In this document: piece after piece, positions 10,122-20,597 of the stretch
How the letters are laid out: each line of letters begins with the position of its first letter
Numbering within the stretch: the stretch's first letter is position 1
Origin: an uncultured Armatimonadetes bacterium
GTDB taxonomy: Bacteria > Armatimonadota > UBA5829 > DTJY01
Assembly (NCBI GenBank): GCA_963717145.1
Contig: OY970325.1
Span: 1,248,001-1,312,000, forward strand
DNA length: 64,000 nt
Direction of reading: 5' to 3'
The notes under the pieces: model-generated
The model's database searches: none
What the model was told of the DNA's origin: nothing
Seen by the model: the letters and a program-made list of their open reading frames with translations, nothing else
Program-made: the position numbers and the translations under genes

Positions 10122-10193
10122 AATCGTACTCGTAATCGTACTCGCAACCGTGGGAAGTCCGAGTACGATTACGATTAGGAGTACGAGTACGAG
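10111..10193. repeat. Inverted 6-nt tandem repeat (TCGTAC/TCGTAA ... GAGTAC/GATTAC)
   Basis: Tandem hexamers on each arm around a short spacer; overlaps the annotated rho ATG. Confidence 0.75.
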
Positions 10194-10196
10194 ATG

Positions 10197-11045
10197 TCAA
10201 AGCGATCTGCTGATCCGCGCCATGACCTCATCCGCGAACCGCTTGATGTGATCCTGGACGAATCCCTTGATGTCCAGCGATGGGTCCTCGATCAGCGGCG
10301 TGAGGTTCATCGCGAAGTTGAGCTGATTCGTGTCATCCACGCCGTGAGACGCGAAGTAGGTTGCGTGGGCTCTGCGTCGGCCGATCGTCGCCAGGTCATA
10401 TCTTTTACCGCCGCATATCTGTGAGTCAAACACGCCCAGGAGCGCGTTCGCCAGGTTCTCATGACCGGCGCAGTCGAGCCCGACCTTGTCATCGTCAATC
10501 ATCCAGTCGAGGTCGCGCCATACCTCGCATCCGAGGAGCGTCTGAGGCCGAACATCGGCGGGAAGCTCCCTCAGCGCCTGGATGGTCTTCATCGTGACAG
10601 CCACATGTGTATCATGCTTGTCGGCGAGGTTGTGCGTGTAGATCACCTCGGGCCGTGCAGCTAGCACGAGATTCTTAATGTCCTCGATGACAGCGGTATT
10701 GCCCGCATCTTTGACCGATGAACTCGGGTAGTCGAGCATCGCCTGGAATCCGTACTCGCCGATATACGCAGCCTTCTTCTGCTCGGCGCGTCGGACGTTC
10801 TGCATCATGTCGTCGGTATAGTCGGCATAGAGGTCGTCCCTGGGGCTGCCCGCGCCGTTGGTGACCACGACTCCGCCGAACCATCTGTCATCGAGGCCGA
10901 AGCAGTTCAGGACGCCGTGGTATGCCATGATCTCGATGTCATCCTGGTGAGTCGCGAGGGCCATGTGCGTGGTGCGGCTCAGGGCCTCACTCTCAGGCTT
11001 GCCGTCAGGGATGAACATCCCCGCCGTGTCTATGTTGAACTTCAT
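10197..11045 (-). CDS. PIG-L/LmbE-family deacetylase
   Basis: THQDDIE, VVTNGAG, RRAEQ and YTHNLADKHDTH metal-binding motifs. Confidence 0.85.
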   Translation of the reverse strand: MKFNIDTAGMFIPDGKPESEALSRTTHMALATHQDDIEIMAYHGVLNCFGLDDRWFGGVVVTNGAGSPRDDLYADYTDDMMQNVRRAEQKKAAYIGEYGFQAMLDYPSSSVKDAGNTAVIEDIKNLVLAARPEVIYTHNLADKHDTHVAVTMKTIQALRELPADVRPQTLLGCEVWRDLDWMIDDDKVGLDCAGHENLANALLGVFDSQICGGKRYDLATIGRRRAHATYFASHGVDDTNQLNFAMNLTPLIEDPSLDIKGFVQDHIKRFADEVMARISRSL

Positions 11046-11066
11046 ATCGATCCTCCAGATTTCGGT

Positions 11067-11146
11067 CAACGGATATGGAAACGGATGAACAGATGAGCTA
11101 TGGGGTAGAGCCAGGCCTATCCGTTTATCCGTTTGATATCCGTTGA
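11067..11146. repeat. Inverted short tandem repeat (AACGGAT ... ATCCGTT)
   Basis: caacggatat ggaaacggat gaacagat ... atccgttt atccgtttg atatccgttg. Confidence 0.7.
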
Positions 11147-11150
11147 CCGT

Positions 11151-12560
11151 TCACTTGATCTCCGGCAGGCTGGCCGCGGCGACCGCCTGGCCGACTCTCC
11201 GCGACTTCTCGTCCGGAAGGTTGATCTTGAGCTTCTTCGCGAGGTCCGGGAACTCGGTATCGAGCACTTCCTGCGCCTTCGCGATGATGATATCACCGCC
11301 GTCGCCTGAGGTCACTCGCCCGAGGATCAGGACGTGATGGACGTCGTAGAAATCCGCGTAATGGGCGACCGCGTATCCGACGTAGACGCCGATGGTGTTC
11401 CAGATATCGATCGCGCGCTTGTCGCCCGCATGCATCAGATCCTGCACCGACTTGAGGCGGTCGGCGAGATCCGCCTTCTCATCGAGATGAATGTCAACCG
11501 TGGGAGCGAGGCGGAAGACAGCCTGCTGAGACATGAACTGAACACCGCAGCCGTCGTCGCCGGACCACTCGTCCTTCGGCGCGTTCACTCGGTAGTCCAT
11601 CGGGCAGAAAGCCAGTTCGTTCAGCCAGCCGGTGATGTTTCCGTTCGGATCGACGTATCCGGCAGCCTCCGATGAGCCCATCGCAACGCCGAGGATCGCG
11701 TTCTCCCCAAGCGACATGGCGCCGGCAAGTGCAGTCACATCACCATCGTTGACGACAACCATCGGCACTCCCCACTCCTTGCCGAGATCGACGAACATCT
11801 CCCTGATCTTGCCGTACCGCTCCTTGGGAATGCCTCGGAAGAGTGAGGCAACCATCGGGCGATTGTTCATGATCACGCCGGCCGAACTCCCGCCGATCGC
11901 ATCCACGCGGGGCATCTTCGACGCCGCCGTCTTGAGCGCGGCGTTGACCTCAGCATAATGATACGCGGGATCGGTGTTGTCGCGCGGATTCCAGTTGACC
12001 TCTTCGGTATAGATCGGCTCGCCGTTGACGACGGCGGAAACCTTACGGTCGCTCGCGCCGAGGTCGAACCCGATGCGGTATCCCTCGAGATGCCGTCCGA
12101 TGCTCGCGCCAACCTCATGCGCGGGGGCCACCTTGTCAGCATCGGTGATCACGACGGTGAAATCCTTCTCGCTGACCGACTGGCCGTGGAAATTGTAGTC
12201 GAACTCGCGCTCGCCGCTCGGTGAGTAGACCCGCGTGATGTACTCGCCGATCTCCTTCGGACCGCCGATGGAGACCTTCCAGCCGCCCTTCATCCACAGC
12301 AGGAATTTCACCAGCCGTTCGATGTATGGGTAGTTCATCCCCACGTCCGGATGGTCAGCGGGAAGCACGGCGGTCTCGAAGCGGGAGGTCGTGCCGTTGG
12401 CGCGCTCGAGGCCAATGACGAGCGGCACAGGATTGCCCGACTCCGCGACCAGCCTGCGGAATGCTTTGTTGGCAAGGACCGCCGGTCGGAATCCCTGGTC
12501 CAGCACGGGTATGATCTTCGGTTTCGCGAGGTTGGCGAGTTTGCCCAAGTCGTTGCTCAT
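11151..12560 (-). CDS. ROK-family sugar kinase with N-terminal extension
   Basis: GFDLGASDRK, NDGDVTALAG, AMGSSEAAGY and WLNELAF motifs. Confidence 0.85.
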   Translation of the reverse strand: MSNDLGKLANLAKPKIIPVLDQGFRPAVLANKAFRRLVAESGNPVPLVIGLERANGTTSRFETAVLPADHPDVGMNYPYIERLVKFLLWMKGGWKVSIGGPKEIGEYITRVYSPSGEREFDYNFHGQSVSEKDFTVVITDADKVAPAHEVGASIGRHLEGYRIGFDLGASDRKVSAVVNGEPIYTEEVNWNPRDNTDPAYHYAEVNAALKTAASKMPRVDAIGGSSAGVIMNNRPMVASLFRGIPKERYGKIREMFVDLGKEWGVPMVVVNDGDVTALAGAMSLGENAILGVAMGSSEAAGYVDPNGNITGWLNELAFCPMDYRVNAPKDEWSGDDGCGVQFMSQQAVFRLAPTVDIHLDEKADLADRLKSVQDLMHAGDKRAIDIWNTIGVYVGYAVAHYADFYDVHHVLILGRVTSGDGGDIIIAKAQEVLDTEFPDLAKKLKINLPDEKSRRVGQAVAAASLPEIK

Positions 12561-12619
12561 TCACTTCTCCTCTATCGTGTTATGCGCTCTGCGTTCACTT
12601 GGGGGGCGCTTAGGCAGCA

Positions 12620-12668
12620 TGTAAACGTATGCATCAGCATTCTAAGCCCGTTAGCGCCGCAATGTCAA
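12620..12668 (-). promoter_or_regulatory. sigma70 promoter with a LacI/CcpA-type operator over the start site
   Basis: TTGACA(12668-12663)-18-TAGAAT(12644-12639); imperfect palindrome TGTAAACGTATGCA at 12620-12633. Confidence 0.55.
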
Positions 12669-12766
12669 GCCGAGGAGCACGGCGGCACGTTCCCTACATG
12701 TGTGTCCAGATGCGTTCGCCCTGGCCTGAGGAGGTCTAAGGTGTCGGTTCGGAGTAAGAGTAGAGT

Positions 12767-14118
12767 ATGAACAAGATTCTTCTGGCGGCACTGCTCCTGC
12801 TTGCTATCGGGCAGATGGCGGAAGGAGCGGAGAAGGTGTTTCTGGCGGTGAAGCGATCGATCTTCGTGGACAACGTGTGGGCCGGATGCCCAGTGGGTTA
12901 CGCGGCGACTGTCCGCAACGGCAGGCAGTACGTGGCCTACTATGATGCCGACCGGCAGATGACGATCGCCTGTCGGTCGCTGGATTCCGAGACATGGCAG
13001 TTCAAGAAGCTCGACGATCAGGTCGGCTGGGACTCGCATAACTACGTCACGCTCGCCTTCGATTCCGAGGGTTACATCCACGTGTCCGGCAACATGCACT
13101 GCGTCCCCCTTCGCTACTATCGGAGCACGAAGCCGGAGGATATCGACTCGATCGTCGGCGTCCACAGGATGACCGGCGAACTCGAGGCCAGGGCGACATA
13201 CCCTCGATTCTACACCGGCCCGAGCGGCGAGTTCCTGTTCACCTATCGGGACGGCGGCTCGGGGAACGGTAACAACATCGTGAACGCGTATGACGTCAGG
13301 ACACGGACGTGGAAGCGCTATTCCGACAAGCCGCTGTTCGACGGCGAGGGCGAGCGGAACGCATATCAGGCCGGTCCCGCGCGCGACAAGAACGGCATCT
13401 ACCACCTCGCGTGGGTGTGGCGCGACACCCCCGATTGCGCGACCAACCATGACGTCTCATACGCCCAGAGCCCTGACCTCAACCATTGGAGGAGCAGCGA
13501 CGGCACGCCGGTTGCACTCCCACTCACTTTGGAGAACGCCGAGATCATCGACCGAGTCCAGATCCACGGGGGGCTGATGAACTCCGAACGGCTCTCATTC
13601 GACGCTGAGGGTCGTCCGATGGTGAGCTATATCAAGTTCGATCCCAAGGGCAGGACGCAGATATACACCATGCGCCTCGAGGAGCGCGGCTGGAAGAGAT
13701 ATCAGACGACCGACTGGGCCGACCGCTGGGATTTCAGCGGTGGCGGGTCGATCGACGGCATGATTGGCTTCTCCGGGCCGAGTCCCTGGGATGAAACCGG
13801 CAAGCTCTATCAGAGCTTCACGAACAGGTTCATCGCGCCGTATTCGCAGATCCGTTCCTCGACCCGGCAACACTTCAACAGATCGGCGAGACGATGCGCA
13901 TCTACCCCGCGAGCCTCGAGACGCCGACACAAAGCGAGGGATGGCAGGCGAACATCGGCGGAGTGAGCGTGGAGGCGATCCGACGCGGACAGAGCTGCCT
14001 CGCGATCCGGTGGGAGACTCTGCGCTCGAATCGTGACCAGCCGAGGGACGAGGTCCCGCCGCCCTCGAAGCTGGAGATCGTGGAACTCGTGGCGGCGGCC
14101 GCCGCTGCTGCTGAGTAA
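12767..14118 (+). CDS. Secreted BNR_4-repeat beta-propeller protein; frameshift near 13856
   Basis: WDSHNY, HVSGNMH, TYPRF, YRDGGSGNG and WRDTPDCATNHD motifs. Adding one T at CGTTCCTC joins it to ORF 13894..14118. Confidence 0.8.
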
Positions 14119-14139
14119 CAACCGCAGGGAGGTATCCTC

Positions 14140-16726
14140 GTGAGACTGCTGATTATCTGTATCGCGATCCTGATGGCGGCCGGCGCATGTTCGGCCGGCG
14201 AATGGCATCCCAAGATCACGCCAATCGACGAGGTGGAGTTCAACTGGCCGCCGCCGATGGAGGTCGGCCAGGGGGACTACTTCACGATCGCCCGTGACGG
14301 AACGACCAAGTGCGCGATCGTCATCCCGGCAAGTCCGACTGCGCAGGAGGAGAAGTTGGCGGGGATGCTGGCGACGTATCTGGGCATCGTGACCGGTGGG
14401 ACATTTGAAGTCATGCGCGAACCGTTTTCCGGCGGACCGGCGATCTATGTCGGCAACACGACGGTCGGCCTCAGAGTCGCGATGGATTTCCCTCCGGTCA
14501 AGTACCCATCGCTCAGCCTCCCGAACCTGCATGCCTTCATGATCAAGACGGTCGATCCGAACACCCTGGTCATTCGGGGCGCGACCACGTACCCGGTCGC
14601 ACACGCGGTCTCATCGTTCCTGCGCCGGATCGTGGGCGTCGAGCGCTACTGGCCGACCGAGCCCGGCGGATTCGGCGACGTCTATACCCCCAAGCCGACG
14701 CTCACCGTGCCCGAGATGACGTGGACGGACTGGCCGTATCTCATCAGCCGGCATGTCGGCTTCCCCGGGAAGGGATGGGATCTCACGCACGAGGACGAGT
14801 ACCCGAACATGTTCCTATGGTACCGTTGCGCCACGACGCTCTCCATGATGCACAACTTCTTCGAGCTGATCTCGCCGGCGGAGTTCGGCCAGGCGCATCC
14901 CGAGTACTTCCCTGAGATCAACGGGCAGCGGATCGTCCCCACGAAGCAGATCCACTGGCAGCCGTGCATCAGCAACCCGGAGGTCGTCGATATCTGCGCG
15001 CGGAAGATCATCGCCGCCTTCGACAAGGATCCCTTGCGGATTTGCCACGCGTTGGCGGTCAATGACGGCGGAGGCCACTGTGAGTGCGCCGACTGCAAGG
15101 CGATGGATTCACCCGAGGCCGATTCTAACACGACGCAGCTCACCGACCGATATGTGAAGTTCATGAACGCGGTCGCCACCCAGGTCGCGGTCAAGCATCC
15201 CGACCGCCTGATCGGGTTCCTCTCCTACGGCGCGGTCAGGATGCCGCCGGTGACGGTCAAGCTCCACCCGAACCTCGTGCCGTACTACTGTGCGATGGCC
15301 CGCGGCCTCTATGACGGATGGGACGAGTGGATGGCAGCCGGTGCGAAGAACATGGGGCATTACGGATACCACGACGACCGCTGGTTCACGATCCCGAAGA
15401 TCAACCCGCACCAGGAGGCCGAGCGCATCAGGTACATGGTCGGCAGCGGTGTTCAGCGCGGTTACTACAAGGAGTTCAACCCGACCTACCCATTCGATGC
15501 CCATGCGGCGATCGTCTGCGCCGCCCTGCAGTGGGACCCGCGGCTCGACGAGGACAGGATCATCGGCAAGTACTACGACGACATGTTCGCCGAGTCGTCG
15601 AAGGAGATGCGGTCGTTCTACGAGACGCTCGAGAGGGACTACGAGTCGTGGCTGAAGGAGACCGCGCCGCCGCACCCATATGGCTTCGACCGGAGCGACC
15701 TCGATCTCGATCATCACTACGAGCAGTACCAGGTGCTGACCGCGAAGGGCGCGGACAAGGCATGGGAATCGCTTCTCAGGGCGGAGTCGCGGGCGACCGA
15801 TACGAAGGTGAAGCGGCGGATCGGCATCGTGAAGGCGCTGTTCGACTTCACCAGGCAGTGCACTCACGAGTATTGGCTGACCAAGTCGCTGCCGGAATGC
15901 AGGAGCGCATCCGAGGCCGAGAAGCAGGCGCGTCAGGCTCTCTGGTTCGCTCGCAGTAAGGCCGAGTACAAGGCCAAGGTGATGGAGAGCCCCGAGATCA
16001 AGCCCTGGCACATGACCACCCGTGAGCCGTACGATCAGATCAAGGCCGGCGTGATCCCGATCGAGGTCTACATGGCGATCGACGATGGATTCCGTGCCGC
16101 CTACCAGTCCGAGCCGACGGACCCCGCCTGGGAGCAATTGGCCGAGGATGCCGATCCGGTGATCGCTCAGGCCGCTCAGTCGGTACTTGAATCCGACGCA
16201 GATATGCCGAACTTGGCGGAGGATCCCGGATTCGAGGCTCAGATCAAGCCCGAACTCAGGCACGACGAGCCGAAGCAGGGCTCTCTGATCATTACGAAGG
16301 ATCAGCCGCACAACGGCGAGTACTGCGGGATGCTCTATGACTGCAAGTCCACTAGCCTGGTGAAGAGCATCCCGGCTGGAACCCGGCGAGAAGTATACGA
16401 TCTCAGTCTGGATGCGCTCGTTTGAGTACCCCGGACCGTTCGATGTCCCGGGCCTCTACGGGATCCGTGTCAATGCGATGCAGGGCGACAAGGTCGCGAA
16501 CTGGGTGCGCGTGAAGTCGGAAGTGACCGGCGAGTGGCAGCAGTACTCGTTGACCTACACCACTCCGGCTGGCGCCGACAGGATCGACGTGCTCGTGCAG
16601 TGCATGCGCCAGCACGCGAAGGCCCGGCTCTGGATCGACGACATCTGGGTCGTACGCGTCCCGGTCGATCCGCTCGATCTCAGCATCGCAGGACCGACGG
16701 CATCACCGGAAGGGCCGCCGGAATAG
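14140..16726 (+). CDS. Secreted DUF4838-domain protein with C-terminal CBM4/9-like domain; frameshift near 16375
   Basis: Signal peptide; HPEYFPEING.R, PCISNPEV and NDGGGHCECADC; NLAEDPGFE...WQQYSLTYTTP...LWIDD after frame correction. Confidence 0.78.
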
Positions 16727-16782
16727 TGCGGCTCCGACAGACGTTGACCGCCAGTCATACCGGAGAACCGAGGAGGAGTCTC

Positions 16783-17238
16783 ATGAACACAGGTCTCGCA
16801 CGCTTCGTTGCAGTCCTGGTCAGCGCCATAGCGGTGGTCGTTCTGCGCAGAGCGCTCGGCATGGCGGTAGGACGAGAGGGAGTTGACTTCATCCTGCGAC
16901 TGGCCAACGGTCCGTTGTATAGTTCAATCGTCTTCCTGGCTGTTCCGTCTGCCGTGGTAGGCGTTCTGGCCAGCAGGTGGCTAGGCAACCGTCCGTTGCT
17001 GTACGGCAGTCTCATTGGCATAAGCGTATACCTGATCTTGCTCGCAATCGGATCGAATCGCATTGTCGTCCAGAGGTGTACATTCGGCGGCGGCCCAACG
17101 ATACCACTCCCAGTCAGCACGGGCATGGTTATCGAAGCCTACCTGAAGTTTCTGCCTCAGCAACTGCTTCCCCTGATCATAGGCTCATCCCTGGGACTGT
17201 GGCTGGGTGCACTGATCGCCAAGAGACCTCACGGCTGA
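16783..17238 (+). CDS. Hypothetical membrane protein
   Basis: ATG after GAGGAGGAG; about 4 hydrophobic segments. Confidence 0.65.
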   Translation: MNTGLARFVAVLVSAIAVVVLRRALGMAVGREGVDFILRLANGPLYSSIVFLAVPSAVVGVLASRWLGNRPLLYGSLIGISVYLILLAIGSNRIVVQRCTFGGGPTIPLPVSTGMVIEAYLKFLPQQLLPLIIGSSLGLWLGALIAKRPHG

Positions 17239-17327
17239 TCAGGGCATCATTCACACTTCGCCTGAACATTACCCCGCCTCCACCAGTCAAACAAGCAAGA
17301 ATCAGCACTTGATCTGTGGAGGCCAAG

Positions 17328-18464
17328 ATGGCGCAGTTGAAGTGGTATTCGTTCAGGTGGAAGACGGGAGCGATCGCCCTCGGGCTGGGGTTACTGTGCT
17401 GGTACTTCCTTATGGGGAGGTACATGCACCCTGTCGGACGCGGGCCCGCCGGTCCTCCGGTCTCTGCTCGGGAGTTTCACCATCCGTGGTCCACAGACAA
17501 GACCGTCCTCCTCGGGCTGGGCGACAGCGTCACGGACGGCTATGGAGCGACCAAGGGACACGCGTACTTCGACCTCCTCGTAAGGAATGACGACGCGGGA
17601 TACCCCGACATGGCTGGTCGCGACCTCAGTCATGTGCTCCCGTCACTCGAAGTGGTCAACGGCTCTGTCTCCTGCTCAACATCTGATGAACACCTCCGAA
17701 GCCAGGTGGGCTACCTCCGGAAGTTCCCAAAGGACGTCAGAGGCATTGTCGTCATCACGACCGGCGGCAACGATCTGATCCATGATTACGGACGCTCGAC
17801 GCCGAGAGACGGAGCCATGTACGGCTGCACGGCAGAGCAGGCGTCCGAGTGGAAAGAATCATTTCGCAAACGACTAAGAGGCATCATCGAGGGCGTCAAC
17901 AAGCGGTTTCCCTGCGGCTGCCATATCTTCCTGGCGACCATCTACGACCCGACCGACGGTGTCGGCGACATCCAAAATGGCTTCATCATGCTTCCGAAGT
18001 GGCAGGATGGGCTGAGGGCGCACGGGATGTTCAACAACGTGATCGCTGAGGAATGCGAACGGCATTCGAACGTGCACCTGGTCGATATCCATTCGGCGAT
18101 GCTGGGACATGGCATCCACTGCCGGGATAGACGAAATCCCCACTACCGTCCGGACGATCCGCACTACTGGTACTACAACAACCTCGAAGACCCGAACGAG
18201 CGCGGATACGACGCCATCCGCCGGATCTTTCTGCTCAAGATGATCGAGGTGCTGGAACAGAATACCGGCAACCATCCTTCGCACCCCGTAGGGAACGGCC
18301 GCCGTGTTGTTCCGTGGTCGTGGGTACGTACCATCTCAGCACCAAACCGGGTCACCCTCGGCAAGCTCGGCATCAATGGCCGGCCGATCGCTGGTGATAC
18401 TCGTGATGGGGAATCCGCAGTTCACAGGCGCAGGTGCGGATCCGGGATGTCCTTTTCGGCCTGA
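17328..18464 (+). CDS. SGNH/GDSL hydrolase with N-terminal anchor; C-terminal tail partly repeat-derived
   Basis: GLGDSVT, TTGGNDL, IYDPTDG and DPNERGYDAI blocks. Confidence 0.8.
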   Translation: MAQLKWYSFRWKTGAIALGLGLLCWYFLMGRYMHPVGRGPAGPPVSAREFHHPWSTDKTVLLGLGDSVTDGYGATKGHAYFDLLVRNDDAGYPDMAGRDLSHVLPSLEVVNGSVSCSTSDEHLRSQVGYLRKFPKDVRGIVVITTGGNDLIHDYGRSTPRDGAMYGCTAEQASEWKESFRKRLRGIIEGVNKRFPCGCHIFLATIYDPTDGVGDIQNGFIMLPKWQDGLRAHGMFNNVIAEECERHSNVHLVDIHSAMLGHGIHCRDRRNPHYRPDDPHYWYYNNLEDPNERGYDAIRRIFLLKMIEVLEQNTGNHPSHPVGNGRRVVPWSWVRTISAPNRVTLGKLGINGRPIAGDTRDGESAVHRRRCGSGMSFSA

Positions 18465-18910
18465 TACGTCTGGTATAGCGAACCAAAGAGGAAAGCGAGC
18501 CCCCCCAGGAAGACGAGGAAGCCGAAGCCGCGAAGGATCCTGGCCCGGGTGTCCATTATCTGAAAGAAGCCCAGACGTGGCGCTACATTCGGCCAACGCT
18601 TCCGGATCGCCTCACCGTACTCGCCCGGCGACCCCGGCGCGAGGTAGTCTCGAACCGATACTATTTCGCGGACATCTCCCGTCAGAACATGATACTTGCG
18701 CGCCATCTGCGTGAGTTCCTGGGAAGACGGCTCGCCCTTGGAGGCCCTGTACGGCACTGGGGCAATCTCGCCGGAACGTGGGTCGGCTCTCTGCTCGTAC
18801 CATCGGGTCGAGAGCCACCATGAAGACGGTGTCACGCTTGGCAGCACCTCCAGGACCAAAGCGACACAAATGAGCCCTATGCCAAGTCGGAGCATCTTGC
18901 GAGCATTCAT
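18422..18910 (-). CDS. Hypothetical two-TM membrane protein
   Basis: ATG after AGGAGG; N- and C-terminal hydrophobic helices. Confidence 0.55.
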   Translation of the reverse strand: MNARKMLRLGIGLICVALVLEVLPSVTPSSWWLSTRWYEQRADPRSGEIAPVPYRASKGEPSSQELTQMARKYHVLTGDVREIVSVRDYLAPGSPGEYGEAIRKRWPNVAPRLGFFQIMDTRARILRGFGFLVFLGGLAFLFGSLYQTYQAEKDIPDPHLRL

Positions 18911-19023
18911 GGCCATCCTCCTACGCCCTTTCCGGATCCGCTGCTGCGGCATTTCTACCGATCAGTTCGCCTACACACTACTTAGTTCCTTCTGATGGCA
19001 ACTACCTCGACTGGGTCCGCTGA

Positions 19024-19782
19024 CTAACCGTTGGCGGACCGGACCTCGAACACATGGGAGAATACCTGATAGCCCACCGAGAGCGCGGTCTTCTGCGACG
19101 CGACATTGTCCTCTGACGTGCCGTATACCGCCACTCGTCCCTGATCGAGCAGCCGCCCGGTGGTTGCAGAAACGACCGCCTTGCCGTATCCTCGCGCACG
19201 GTGATCTCGGTGGGTTCCGACCATCACATTGCCGATCCGGGCGGACATATCGCCAACGGGATGCGTACCAGCAAAGGCTACCGGTCGGTCATCAACATAG
19301 TATGCGAAGGCGGCATCGTCTCCGAGCAAATAGTCGACGTCGGTCGGGATACCCTCGTCCAGAAGCCAGGTCATGGCCTCTCCGGCATTCACACGAGTGA
19401 TCTTGCGCACGTTGTCATCCGCAATCGGCAGGTAGGCAGACCGGTCGCAGTAGAGCTTCACGCCTGAGTACGTGTAGCACTCGATATCCTCGTCCAGACA
19501 CCGATAGCATATCTCGGCAAGCTTCTCTCTGGTCTCGCTCGTCATGAGTTGGCTCGGTGTCATCGTGTCGGCGAACCGCTGCATCTCTGAAACGAGTTCA
19601 TGCTGCGTCGAGATAAGGCATCTGCCATCGACGCAGCAGAGGTAGAGAACGCTGCCTCCAACGCCGGGATACCGCGCGTCAGATCCACACACGATCGTGT
19701 CTCCCGGCGCGATGTCAACGAGAGGGAAGCCGGCCGGCCTGGAGTAGAAATCTGCCACGCGCTTGAACGCTTCCTCTTCCAT
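19024..19782 (-). CDS. GNAT-family acetyltransferase
   Basis: VGTHRDHRARGYGKAVV and NVASQKTALSVGY acetyl-CoA-binding motifs. Confidence 0.85.
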   Translation of the reverse strand: MEEEAFKRVADFYSRPAGFPLVDIAPGDTIVCGSDARYPGVGGSVLYLCCVDGRCLISTQHELVSEMQRFADTMTPSQLMTSETREKLAEICYRCLDEDIECYTYSGVKLYCDRSAYLPIADDNVRKITRVNAGEAMTWLLDEGIPTDVDYLLGDDAAFAYYVDDRPVAFAGTHPVGDMSARIGNVMVGTHRDHRARGYGKAVVSATTGRLLDQGRVAVYGTSEDNVASQKTALSVGYQVFSHVFEVRSANG

Positions 19783-20535
19783 CTAGTAGCCGACCTTGTT
19801 GTATTCCGCCATCGACTGCTCGTTGAACTCAGGGCCGCCCTCGCGGTTGTGGCTCATATACACGTGCGGCGTGAGGCCCTTCGCGAGCATCGCTTCGATC
19901 GCCTCGCCGCAGATCGCCCACAGACATGCGATGAATCCGATCCCCGAGACGGGGAGCGCCTTGACCGCGAGCCCTTCGACCTCCTGAGAGGCATCACCGT
20001 ACGGAGCGCAGATGTCGATCACCAGGTCGCCGACATCCAGGAGCTTCTTGCCCGAGGGATGCGCGGAGGTGACCTCAGCGGTATACCTCAGGGCAGTCAG
20101 CACGATCACCTTGACGCCGATCTCCCGACATTGGATGGCAAGCTCGATCGGCGCGCGGTTCCGTCCGGAAACCGAGCCCACGAGCACCACGTCGCCTGCC
20201 CTGAGTTGGCTCGTTCGGACGCCACATCGGATGTGCTCCAGGTCGGGTTCGATCGGCTCAGGACGCGGTCGGTTCTGCATGCACTCGGCGATCGGGTTGT
20301 CGATGCTCATGTGGGAATGGAACCGCCGGAGCGACATCAATCCACCCGCGCGATTGGTCATCTCGGAGGCGGTGCCGTGGCCCATCTCGCTGATGAAGAC
20401 CGATCCGCCGGACTCCCAGCAGTTGGCGATCATCCGGCCGGCCGTCCCGATGTTGGCGATCTGCTCCTCACTGATCGTGTCGAGCAGGTCGTGTATGGTG
20501 TTCAGGTAACGCTTGGCTAACATGTTATCCTCCAA
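19783..20535 (-). CDS. SIS-domain sugar isomerase-like protein
   Basis: GDVVLVGSVSGRN.APIELA...GVKVIVLT...HPSGKKL. Confidence 0.85.
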   Translation of the reverse strand: MEDNMLAKRYLNTIHDLLDTISEEQIANIGTAGRMIANCWESGGSVFISEMGHGTASEMTNRAGGLMSLRRFHSHMSIDNPIAECMQNRPRPEPIEPDLEHIRCGVRTSQLRAGDVVLVGSVSGRNRAPIELAIQCREIGVKVIVLTALRYTAEVTSAHPSGKKLLDVGDLVIDICAPYGDASQEVEGLAVKALPVSGIGFIACLWAICGEAIEAMLAKGLTPHVYMSHNREGGPEFNEQSMAEYNKVGY

Positions 20536-20538
20536 TCA

Positions 20539-20597
20539 TGTAGGAGGGGTTTTCCGGGATGGTTCGTACCCGGTAACCCCGAAAAACCCCTCCTACA
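20539..20597. repeat. GTAG-ended REP-like element, family C; supplies the stop codon of the upstream kinase gene
   Basis: TGTAGGAGGGGTTTT...AAAACCCCTCCTACA; related to 52120-52215. Confidence 0.8.

Noticed and set aside
16783-19020. Integron cassette array or prophage
   Set aside because: Small genes in mixed orientation, no convincing attC sites, and no integrase or phage genes.
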